Assembly: GCA_038886995.1 (NCBI GenBank)
Contig: JAWALG010000026.1
Location: forward strand, 1 to 15,927
DNA: 15,927 bases
DNA from: Candidatus Iainarchaeum sp.
Lineage (GTDB): Archaea; Iainarchaeota; Iainarchaeia; Iainarchaeales; DTGL01
Reading direction: 5' to 3'
Part shown: positions 8,582-15,927 of the stretch, piece by piece
How the letters are laid out: every line of letters begins with the position of its first letter
Position numbering within the stretch: the first letter of the stretch is position 1
Position numbers and translations under genes: made by a program
The notes under the pieces: model-generated
Databases searched by the model: none
Told to the model about the DNA's origin: nothing
The model's input: the letters and a program-made list of their open reading frames with translations, nothing else

Positions 8582-9521
8582 TGTATGCTGAGGGATCAAT
8601 GCTTGCAGCTTTACCTTTTACAATTTCTCCCAAATTCGAAATCTCTGCCTTTGGCATGAGCAAAAGAGGCCTAAAAACAGGAATTTTAAACTTTGCATCA
8701 AAGGCAGCATACACTAAAAGAGATTCATTTGTGATTTCACGGTCTGGTGACACAATTGCGGAAATTCCTTCTTTGCCTATAAGGCTAGCGATGTCTGAAA
8801 AGTCCGTAACCCTGAAATCGCGCCAAAGATTCCACTCAGACAATATTTTAAGTGCATCATCAAAATTGCCTGATTTATTGCATTTGACTGGAAAAACATT
8901 ACAGCCCTTGCGCATCATGAGCCATGCACAAATCAAACTATCAATTTTGTTTTTTGGGCCTTCAAAAAGCACAGCAACGTTACCTTCCACGCCTTGAGGC
9001 AGGCCTCCAAAGCATTTATGCTCATCAAAATAAAAAAGCAAGTTATTGTTTTCAATGTCTATGTGAAGGATATTGTCTGGGTTCGAGAGGTTGACTTTAA
9101 GGCCATAGGCCTTTACAATTTCAGCCCCAACCAAGACCTCAACATCTCTGGAAGTGAAACTGTGCTTGCCAACACGCGAGCATTCAATAGCAAAGGATCC
9201 TTTCTTTGATGAAAAAAGGCCTCTTGACATTGAAACAATATCATCAATTTTTGAGAAAGTAGCATAATTTGCAATTGTTACAGAGTGCAACCCAAAAACT
9301 TTTTTAAGAACTTCAATGCATTTTTCAGGAAACTCAGACCTTATAATTATCCTGTCACGAGTAGATCTAACTAAAGCAAAATCAATGCCGTTGCGCTTAA
9401 GAGCGCACGCCACATTGCTTCGAAGCTTTTTTACAAAATAGCGCCTTGTGGATTCGCTTTTAAGGAATATAGCCGGAGAAAATTTTGCCATTATTACCTG
9501 CTTATCAGCAATATCAGTCAT
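8577..9521 (-). CDS. THUMP-domain protein, degenerate ThiI (tRNA 4-thiouridylase) homologue
   Basis: ThiI-type N-terminal domain (IFLKSESTRRYFVKKLRSNV), THUMP domain (FAIECSRVGKHSFTS...KVNLSNPDNILHIDI), GGLPQGVEG, AWLMMRKG and VFRPL. The PP-loop SGGIDS is replaced by EGPKNKIDS. Start is ATG 9521 (TATA-like element about 28 nt upstream) or ATG 9545. Confidence 0.85.
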   Translation of the reverse strand: MTDIADKQVIMAKFSPAIFLKSESTRRYFVKKLRSNVACALKRNGIDFALVRSTRDRIIIRSEFPEKCIEVLKKVFGLHSVTIANYATFSKIDDIVSMSRGLFSSKKGSFAIECSRVGKHSFTSRDVEVLVGAEIVKAYGLKVNLSNPDNILHIDIENNNLLFYFDEHKCFGGLPQGVEGNVAVLFEGPKNKIDSLICAWLMMRKGCNVFPVKCNKSGNFDDALKILSEWNLWRDFRVTDFSDIASLIGKEGISAIVSPDREITNESLLVYAAFDAKFKIPVFRPLLLMPKAEISNLGEIVKGKAASIDPSAYI

Positions 9522-9543
9522 AATTAGATTCTTTGCTGCAAAC

Positions 9544-9612
9544 ATTTAATTTTAAATATGTTATGCAATTCCAATTTATTTAATTTTTGTCACCACTCAA
9601 GGGGGTTGAAAT
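9544..9612. promoter_or_regulatory. Divergent promoter region between the ThiI-like gene and acs
   Basis: AT-rich, with TTTAAAAT on the minus strand (9556-9549) and TTTATTTAA on the plus strand (about 9575-9583). A purine-rich AAGGGGG SD-like element lies 7 nt before the acs ATG. Confidence 0.45.
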
Positions 9613-11562
9613 ATGAAAAAGTGGGTTACTGACAAAGACAGTAAAGGTTATTATTGGCCCAGCGAGGAAGCCAAGAGTTATTGCTGGGTAAAGGATGAAA
9701 AGATATATGATGAGGCCGCAAAAGACCCTGTTGCTTTTTGGGATAAAAAAGCAAAGGAAGGAATAACTTGGTTTAAGCTCTGGAATAAGACATATGTATG
9801 GAAACCGCCATACTACAAATGGTTTGTTGGTGGAAAGCTCAATGTATGCTACAACTGCGTTGATAGGCATGTAGAAGCAGGCAAAGGTAAAAAGCCCGCA
9901 ATAATATGGATACCCGAACCAATGAACGAAGAAAAAAGAGTAATAACGTTTGAAGAGCTCCATAGAGAGGTTCAGAAGTTTGCAAATGTGTTGAAAAACC
10001 TTGGTGTCAAAAAAGGCGACCGTGTAACAATATACCTTCCGATGATACCAGAAACCCAAATTGCTATGCTTGCGTGTGCAAGGATAGGTGCAATACATAG
10101 CGTTGTTTTTTCTGCATTCAGCCCGGAGTCCTTGAAGGCAAGAATAGATGACGCAAAATCAAAGGTGCTTATAACCTCTGATGGCTATTACAGAAGAGGC
10201 AAAATAGTTGAGCTAAAGAAGAATGCTGACGAAGCATTAGGTTCCAAAAGCCCAATCAAAAAGGTTGTTGTCGTAAAGCGCGCCGGCAACCAAGTAGAGA
10301 TGAAAAAAAGGCGCGACTTTTGGTGGCATGAGTTAATGGCAAAAGCTAAAGACGAATGCGCACCAACTAAGCTTGACAGTGAGCATCCATTGTTCATATT
10401 ATACACTAGCGGCACTACTGGCAAGCCAAAAGGAGTTATACATGTAAATGGTGGTTATAGTGTAATGGCTTACTGGACATCTAAGTATGTATTTGACTTA
10501 CATGATGAAGATATCTTTTGGTGCACTGCTGACATTGGTTGGGTTACAGGCCATACTTACAATTGCTATGGGATATTAGCAACTGGATCAACGCTGCTTT
10601 TCTATGAGGGAACACCGGACTTTCCAGACAAAGATAGGTGGTGGCAGATAATTGAAGAAAATAAGGTAACAATCTTTTACACCGCACCGACTGCAATAAG
10701 AATGTGCGCCCAGTGGGGCTCAGAATGGCCTGCGAAACATGACTTAAGCTCATTAAGGCTTTTGGGCACAGTTGGCGAACCAATAGACCAACAGGCCTGG
10801 ATGTGGTACTTCGAGAACATTGGCGGATCAAGATGCCCTATTGTAGACACCTGGTGGCAGACAGAAACAGGTGCAACTCTTATAACAACTCTTCCAGGGG
10901 TAGGTCCCTTTATTCCAACCGTGGCGGGAAGGCCTTTCCCTGGCGTTACTGCAGACATTGTAGATGCAGAGAAAAATAGCGTCAGCGGCGACACGGGCGG
11001 CTACCTTGTTCTTAAGAGCCCATTCCCTCCGAGCTTGCTAAGAGGGCTTTGGAAAGCGGAAAAGAAATATATTGAAACTTATTGGCTTAGCTATGACAAA
11101 GAATTCTATTCAACAAATGACGGTGCAAGGCGTGTTGACAACAAATACATAAGGATAACTGGCAGGGTTGATGATGTCATGAACGTCTCAGGACACAGGA
11201 TATCAACTGCTGAGATTGAAAATGCCATAGCATCACACAAGAATGTTGCTGAGTGTGCAGTAGTATCTCAGCCACACCCAATAAAAGGGGAAGCACCATT
11301 TGCTTTTGTTGTTCTGAAAGGAGCACAACCTAGTGAACAACTAAAGAATGAGCTTTTCGAGACAGTTAGGGTTAAGATAGGGCCTATTGCGAAGCCAGAG
11401 GTCATAGCGTTTGCAGATGCACTTCCAAAGACAAGGTCAGGCAAAATAATGCGAAGGATGTTACGTGCTCTCGTAACTAATCAGCCAATCGGCGACACAA
11501 CAACTTTGCTTAACCCGGAGAGCGTAGAACAGCTCAAAAAAGTAGTTGGATATAAGGGCTAA
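9613..11562 (+). CDS. acs: Acetyl-CoA synthetase (AMP-forming, acetate--CoA ligase)
   Basis: 649 aa. Adenylation P-loop YTSGTTGKPKG, plus WCTADIGWVTGH, GTVGEPI, DTWWQTETG, GRVDDVMNVSGHR and the catalytic-Lys motif PKTRSGKIMRR. Confidence 0.96.
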   Translation: MKKWVTDKDSKGYYWPSEEAKSYCWVKDEKIYDEAAKDPVAFWDKKAKEGITWFKLWNKTYVWKPPYYKWFVGGKLNVCYNCVDRHVEAGKGKKPAIIWIPEPMNEEKRVITFEELHREVQKFANVLKNLGVKKGDRVTIYLPMIPETQIAMLACARIGAIHSVVFSAFSPESLKARIDDAKSKVLITSDGYYRRGKIVELKKNADEALGSKSPIKKVVVVKRAGNQVEMKKRRDFWWHELMAKAKDECAPTKLDSEHPLFILYTSGTTGKPKGVIHVNGGYSVMAYWTSKYVFDLHDEDIFWCTADIGWVTGHTYNCYGILATGSTLLFYEGTPDFPDKDRWWQIIEENKVTIFYTAPTAIRMCAQWGSEWPAKHDLSSLRLLGTVGEPIDQQAWMWYFENIGGSRCPIVDTWWQTETGATLITTLPGVGPFIPTVAGRPFPGVTADIVDAEKNSVSGDTGGYLVLKSPFPPSLLRGLWKAEKKYIETYWLSYDKEFYSTNDGARRVDNKYIRITGRVDDVMNVSGHRISTAEIENAIASHKNVAECAVVSQPHPIKGEAPFAFVVLKGAQPSEQLKNELFETVRVKIGPIAKPEVIAFADALPKTRSGKIMRRMLRALVTNQPIGDTTTLLNPESVEQLKKVVGYKG

Positions 11563-11566
11563 AGCC

Positions 11567-11598
11567 CTTTTATTCCCTTCTTTTTTCTTTTTTTCTTC
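11567..11598 (+). terminator. Putative pyrimidine/oligo-T terminator of acs
   Basis: A T-rich tract with T6 and T6-7 runs follows the acs stop directly, in the 45-nt gap between the convergent acs and top6A genes. Confidence 0.5.
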
Positions 11599-11607
11599 AA
11601 TCCAAAA

Positions 11608-12789
11608 TTACGGCAAAAAGATCTTCTTCTTTATTTTTGTGGGCAAATATTCCGTTGCAACAAACTCAAGGCTTCTATTTGCAAGTGCCTGTTGCTCTAT
11701 CCTTACTTTCATGTCCATGGCAAGCTTTAGCTCTTCTTGCCATGGCTTGTTTTGGAACCAGTCATAGGACATAAGCTCTTTTGCTCTCTTAAGGTCCATC
11801 AATTTCATCTTTTCAGTGACATTCTCAAGCTTGTAATCTTTTATGTCTTCAATTGTCATACCAATATACTTTGCGTCTGGGCATGCTAAAAGCTGAGAGT
11901 GGGCTGCCAAAGCCATTGAGCCCTGCTTTATAACGCTGTAAATGTACCAACCGTAAGGGTCGCCATCTGTGAATACGTACACAGGCAGATTGCATTCAAA
12001 GTGAAGCCGATGTATAAGCCGCCTTGTTCCTCTTGCAGCTTGCCCACCTGTGCCTACAAGGATTGCCTTATTTTTCCTTGCAAAATCTTCCTCTATAAGG
12101 CGCTCATACATTGCACTTGTTTCTATAACAAGCACATAGTCAGCATTAACGCTTTTAATTTCTATTTCATTTGGTTCCATGCGGCTCATTATGCTCCAAC
12201 CGCCACGGCCTAGTTTGAGGCAGTTGAAAGTATCATTCCTGTGTTGCCTATCAACAAGGGTTATGTCTCCGTAAAGAGTACCTTTGGGATTTGCATGGAC
12301 ATTCAGTTTTTCCCTTATAGTGTCAATGCTATGCTCAAGGTCAACTATTGCAGCATCGCTTTCGCGCTGGTCTTCAAATGTGTTTTCATTTGTTTTCCCA
12401 ACAGTATGCTTAAGCTCGTAGTAGATTTCCCTGATAGAAGCTGTCTTGTTCTGCGTCAGATACTCGTGTGTTTTGCCCATAATTAGCATTGTTTGCATAA
12501 ATTTCCTTGCATGGGCAATGTTGAGGAAAGTCCTTGTTGAGCTTTTATCACCGAGCTTTATTATACCCATGTCTTCATCAAAAAGAACATTGCCTCGGCC
12601 TCTTAACTTTGTCTCAAACCTGGGATTTTTGCCTGCTTCAATTTCGGAAACTATCTTAAGCCCAATATTTTTTATCTTATCGGCTATCTCCTTTGGGCCT
12701 TCGGTTTCCATGCGTTTTATAGATTTTTTACCAAAACTCTTTCCTTTGGTAGCAGACTTACTAGCATCAGATTTCTTCTGACTCTTCAT
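11608..12789 (-). CDS. top6A: DNA topoisomerase VI subunit A
   Basis: Catalytic-Tyr motif SIREIYY, FEDQRESD, TOPRIM motifs VIET and TDGDPYG, and RIEQQAL. Start moved to ATG 12789, 5 nt after AGGTGA; overlaps top6B by 23 nt. Confidence 0.95.
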   Translation of the reverse strand: MKSQKKSDASKSATKGKSFGKKSIKRMETEGPKEIADKIKNIGLKIVSEIEAGKNPRFETKLRGRGNVLFDEDMGIIKLGDKSSTRTFLNIAHARKFMQTMLIMGKTHEYLTQNKTASIREIYYELKHTVGKTNENTFEDQRESDAAIVDLEHSIDTIREKLNVHANPKGTLYGDITLVDRQHRNDTFNCLKLGRGGWSIMSRMEPNEIEIKSVNADYVLVIETSAMYERLIEEDFARKNKAILVGTGGQAARGTRRLIHRLHFECNLPVYVFTDGDPYGWYIYSVIKQGSMALAAHSQLLACPDAKYIGMTIEDIKDYKLENVTEKMKLMDLKRAKELMSYDWFQNKPWQEELKLAMDMKVRIEQQALANRSLEFVATEYLPTKIKKKIFLP

Positions 12790-14506
12790 CTTCTTCACCT
12801 TCTTCTGTTTCTAATTTCTTTGCAGCTTTAGCTTCTTCTTTCTCATCAATCTTGAGTTTATTGGCAACAAGCCACTCGAGCTTGCTAACAAGATGCTCCT
12901 TTTGCTTCTTTGTTATTTTGCTCAACGCATCAGCGATCTCCGGTATGTATCTATAGAATATATCGCGCTTCATTTTTCTTTCAATCAAAGCCCTTTTTGC
13001 AGATATGTATCTGCTTGTCTTCCTGGCGCACATCATTATTGCTAGGCGCAACTCCTCAACAATCTCATCCTCATCAGCCACTGCCTGCTTGCCTGCGCCA
13101 GTATAAGGAACATGCACAGAAATGAAGTTCACGAATATTGTGAGTGGAACATTTTCAAGGTCTTTTACACCATAACGCTTCCAATCGATGTCATGGACTG
13201 TCTTTGTTATAGCACAGCTGCCAGCATCGAAAAGCAAAGGTGCTCGGTTAGCAAACCTCATTATCTCAACCTTAGCACCCTGGTTTTGTTCATCAACAGC
13301 ATTGGGCTCTTTGTTTTTTTGTGTTTCTTCTGTCTCTTGAGTTACAACACCAGCTTTTCCGCCATAAGCAATACCAACTTCAACCTGGAAAGGATAACCG
13401 CCAGCATAAACCTTTGGCGGCCTTGTAAGTGTGCTTACATGCTCTGGCTGCACTATTGTTTCGAGGGACTTCTTTATGCGTTCTTCGCCAATTGGGATTA
13501 GGCCTTCGGTGCTGGGTGCTATAAACTTTATCTGCTTGAATGCATTAATTATTGCCTCTGCTTCTTGCCAAGTAAGCTTTTTCGGATCTTTGTTAAGGTC
13601 GAAATTAACCAATTTCTGGAGGTTTTCTATTGCAGTGTCGCCCATTCGGTCAAACTCTGACTTAAGAAAAGATGATACCTTTTGGGCTTTTGTTGTTTGG
13701 GACATCGTTACGATGTCATCAACTGTTGCACCTGCTGGGTGCGGCTTCATTGGCTTTGGAATCTTTGGCAAATAGGTTGTGCTCCTGTTAAAAACAACTT
13801 TCTCGCCTTTCGGTGATCTGAATATTATTTTTGCGTGTGGGTTTGCTATGGCAGTCCTTCTCAGATATTCTAAAGGGCCTGTTGAGGATTCCTTATAAAG
13901 GACACCTTTAAATCTTGCTTGAACCATGAGGCCTCGGAAAGGCCTGTCAACCTCTTTAAAATTGTATATCTTTGGCTCATTTTTCTTTGGGTCAATGGCT
14001 AATTCGCAGGCGAATGTTTTTCCTTTGCCTGTTCCGCTTATTATCTTTATTGCTTTACCTGTGGTCATTTGGCTCAGCATTGTGCAGCCACTTGCACCAA
14101 TGCCCTGTTGACCACGCATCTGTATTATTCTGTGGAACTTTGTGCCAGCAAGCAGTTGGCCAAGGGCTTTGCCAACAGTCTCCTTCGTAAGGCCTGGTCC
14201 ATTGTCTTTTACTGTCACAAGGTAGTATTCTGGCCCAAGCTCATCAATCTTAACCTCTATCTCAGGCAATATGCCTGCTTCTTCGCACGCATCCAATGAA
14301 TTTGTAACGTACTCATGCACTATCGTAGTGAGCATCCTTATCTTGCCATAAAGGCCAAGCATCTGCATGTTTTTCTTGAAAAACTCTGCAACGCTGTGCT
14401 CTTTAAATTCCTTTGCAAGAACTTCTGCACTCAAGATATTTATTTTTCCATTTTCTTCTTTTGGCTCTGCCTTATCTGAAGCTGCTTTTTCCGACTTCTT
14501 TGCCAT
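12767..14506 (-). CDS. top6B: DNA topoisomerase VI subunit B
   Basis: GHKL ATPase motifs HEYVTNSLDACEE, KDNGPG and RGQQGIG, an H2TH region, and transducer motifs RFANRAPLL and VPYTGAGKQ. SD AGGTGA lies 4 nt before the ATG. Confidence 0.96.
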   Translation of the reverse strand: MAKKSEKAASDKAEPKEENGKINILSAEVLAKEFKEHSVAEFFKKNMQMLGLYGKIRMLTTIVHEYVTNSLDACEEAGILPEIEVKIDELGPEYYLVTVKDNGPGLTKETVGKALGQLLAGTKFHRIIQMRGQQGIGASGCTMLSQMTTGKAIKIISGTGKGKTFACELAIDPKKNEPKIYNFKEVDRPFRGLMVQARFKGVLYKESSTGPLEYLRRTAIANPHAKIIFRSPKGEKVVFNRSTTYLPKIPKPMKPHPAGATVDDIVTMSQTTKAQKVSSFLKSEFDRMGDTAIENLQKLVNFDLNKDPKKLTWQEAEAIINAFKQIKFIAPSTEGLIPIGEERIKKSLETIVQPEHVSTLTRPPKVYAGGYPFQVEVGIAYGGKAGVVTQETEETQKNKEPNAVDEQNQGAKVEIMRFANRAPLLFDAGSCAITKTVHDIDWKRYGVKDLENVPLTIFVNFISVHVPYTGAGKQAVADEDEIVEELRLAIMMCARKTSRYISAKRALIERKMKRDIFYRYIPEIADALSKITKKQKEHLVSKLEWLVANKLKIDEKEEAKAAKKLETEEGEEDEESEEI

Positions 14507-14514
14507 AAAATCAC

Positions 14515-15045
14515 CTAAAAATCAAAGTCAGCTTTGCCACTTTTTCTTAAGCTGTGGCGCCTGAATGCAGTTTCTATTTCTGCGCCTGACAGTATGTCCA
14601 TTATTATTGCTTCTGCAAAATCTAAGTCCTCTTCAGTGCCTATTATTGACACCGTATCACCATAAACTGACACATAGCAGTTACAGGATTCTTCTATGCG
14701 CTTCCTTATGCTGCCTTCCGTGCCAATCACCCTCGATTTTTTTGTATGTATTGCTTTTTGGCTTTTGCCAACCAAATCACGAACATCAATTACTCTTAAA
14801 TCATAATAATCCTTGCTTAGCAGGAATGCCTTTTCAGGTGCAAAGCCTCTTGCAATTGCCTTGCAGATTTTCTCTGCAACCACCACTTGAAATGCATCAT
14901 TGCCGCTTATGGAAACCTCACCGTTTTCGCTGTCTATCACAACCTTTGTCTTTGTCAGTGCCTCAATTCTGCTCTTAATCTTGCCTTTAGGCCCTATGAG
15001 CACGCCTATGCGCTCCTCAGGCACTAAGAGGTAAGTGGAGGCCAT
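14515..15045 (-). CDS. Tandem KH-domain pre-rRNA processing protein (archaeal Dim2/Pno1 family)
   Basis: Two KH GxxG loops (LIGPKG and VIGTEG) and the family motif AIARGFAPEKA. It lies between RIO1 and top6B, as in the conserved archaeal cluster. Confidence 0.9.
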   Translation of the reverse strand: MASTYLLVPEERIGVLIGPKGKIKSRIEALTKTKVVIDSENGEVSISGNDAFQVVVAEKICKAIARGFAPEKAFLLSKDYYDLRVIDVRDLVGKSQKAIHTKKSRVIGTEGSIRKRIEESCNCYVSVYGDTVSIIGTEEDLDFAEAIIMDILSGAEIETAFRRHSLRKSGKADFDF

Positions 15046-15084
15046 TAAAAACCACTATGTTCCAACGAAACTAAATGCAAAAGA

Positions 15085-15113
15085 TTTTAAAAGCGTAACT
15101 AAAACCAAAAAAA
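15085..15113 (-). promoter_or_regulatory. Putative T7 terminator followed by a TATA box between rio1 and the KH gene
   Basis: On the minus strand, TTTTTTT (15113-15107) follows the rio1 stop, then TTTTAAAA (15092-15085) about 40 nt upstream of ATG 15045. Confidence 0.35.
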
Positions 15114-15120
15114 CTTAGTT

Positions 15121-15867
15121 TTAAGGCCTTTCTCTGGCTTTTTTTATGTCATTTTTTATCTCTTCAATGCCCTTTTTTAGGCCATTTTTGGCAAAGTAAG
15201 ATGAAATGTTTTTCAGGTCCCTCTGAAAGAACTCAATTGCGTGAGGATGCGTAGTTAAAACCGCTTGGCCACAGTCAATTATCACTGGCTTGCCTTCAAA
15301 GTTGAGAATGTTGTACTCAGAAAGGTCGCCATGAACAAGCTTTGCGCCATAAACCATTTTTGCAATTTCTCTCACAATGAAGTCGTAAAGAAAATCAATA
15401 TCTTCTATGGGGTGTTCCTTTAAAGGCAGCGCGGCTTCTTCTTTGCCTATAAACTCCATCACAAGAACGTTTTGGTTAAAGGCATAAGGCATTGGTACGG
15501 TAACGCCAGCATCAGCAAACTTCTCAAGGTTTTTGTATTCTTTCCTTGCCCACAAATAAATTATGTCATGCCTATCGCTGCTGACATTCTTAAAGCGAAG
15601 GTCTCCTTCAATATATTTGCGTAGGTTGCGGAAATTGCTTGTCTCAATCTTATATATCTTTACAGCCCTTTTGTTGTCGGCCTTGTCAACCGCAAGATAA
15701 ACATGAGCTTCTTTGCCTGTGTTTATAACATGCTCAAGATGGTCTATATAGCCCTTCGATGAAAGCTCATGTATTGCTGCTACAGTTGAGTAGTCAAAAA
15801 CCTGCGAAAATATATTGCGAAGTTTCTCATCTTTTATATAATCCTCAATTCTTGCTCTCGCTGACAT
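15121..15867 (-). CDS. rio1: RIO1-family serine/threonine kinase
   Basis: INTGKEAHVY (STGKEA-type P-loop), AVKIY, WARKEYKNL, LVMEFIG, catalytic loop LVHGDLSEYNIL and IIDCGQAV. No RIO2 winged-helix N-terminus. Start moved to ATG 15867 after a GGTGG SD. Confidence 0.93.
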   Translation of the reverse strand: MSARARIEDYIKDEKLRNIFSQVFDYSTVAAIHELSSKGYIDHLEHVINTGKEAHVYLAVDKADNKRAVKIYKIETSNFRNLRKYIEGDLRFKNVSSDRHDIIYLWARKEYKNLEKFADAGVTVPMPYAFNQNVLVMEFIGKEEAALPLKEHPIEDIDFLYDFIVREIAKMVYGAKLVHGDLSEYNILNFEGKPVIIDCGQAVLTTHPHAIEFFQRDLKNISSYFAKNGLKKGIEEIKNDIKKARERP

Positions 15868-15927
15868 CTGAAACAACCACCACAAACTGAATGAATAAGA
15901 TTTTTGTTTTATTTAGTTATACTGGCA

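Noticed and set aside
14710..14730. Acidic residue in the second KH loop (GTEG), suggesting lost RNA binding
   Set aside because: The xx positions vary among archaeal Dim2 homologues and both glycines are intact.
7473..14978. Remaining short opposite-strand ORFs within mre11, the ThiI-like gene, acs, top6A, top6B and the KH gene
   Set aside because: They overlap confidently assigned genes and have no independent support.
1..15927. CRISPR arrays, transposases, integrases, inteins, tRNA introns, stop-codon recoding and a split alaS
   Set aside because: None was seen. Core genes are continuous under the standard code and the intergenic gaps are too short to hold such elements.

Overview
A 15.9 kb gene-dense archaeal housekeeping region. 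A DPANN lineage such as Iainarchaeota/Diapherotrites is plausible, but this is an impression from protein style and was not tested. Gene order by coordinate: leuS (-), alaS (-), a frameshifted class III signal-peptide (pilin-like) gene (-), rpl10e/uL16 with a long E/K/A tail (+), tRNA-Cys(GCA) (-), an Mre11/SbcD-family nuclease with a GTHE motif III variant and no adjacent Rad50 (-), a THUMP-domain ThiI homologue with a disrupted PP-loop (-), AMP-forming acetyl-CoA synthetase (+), then top6A, top6B, Dim2/Pno1-like KH protein and RIO1 kinase (all -). Several ORF-track starts were moved using Shine-Dalgarno position and family N-termini. I found no mobile element, CRISPR array or defence island. 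The best leads are the hidden frameshift at a short (AT)n tract in the pilin-like gene, the apparently inactive ThiI, and the atypical Mre11 between it and tRNA-Cys. None of these is shown to be a new system.
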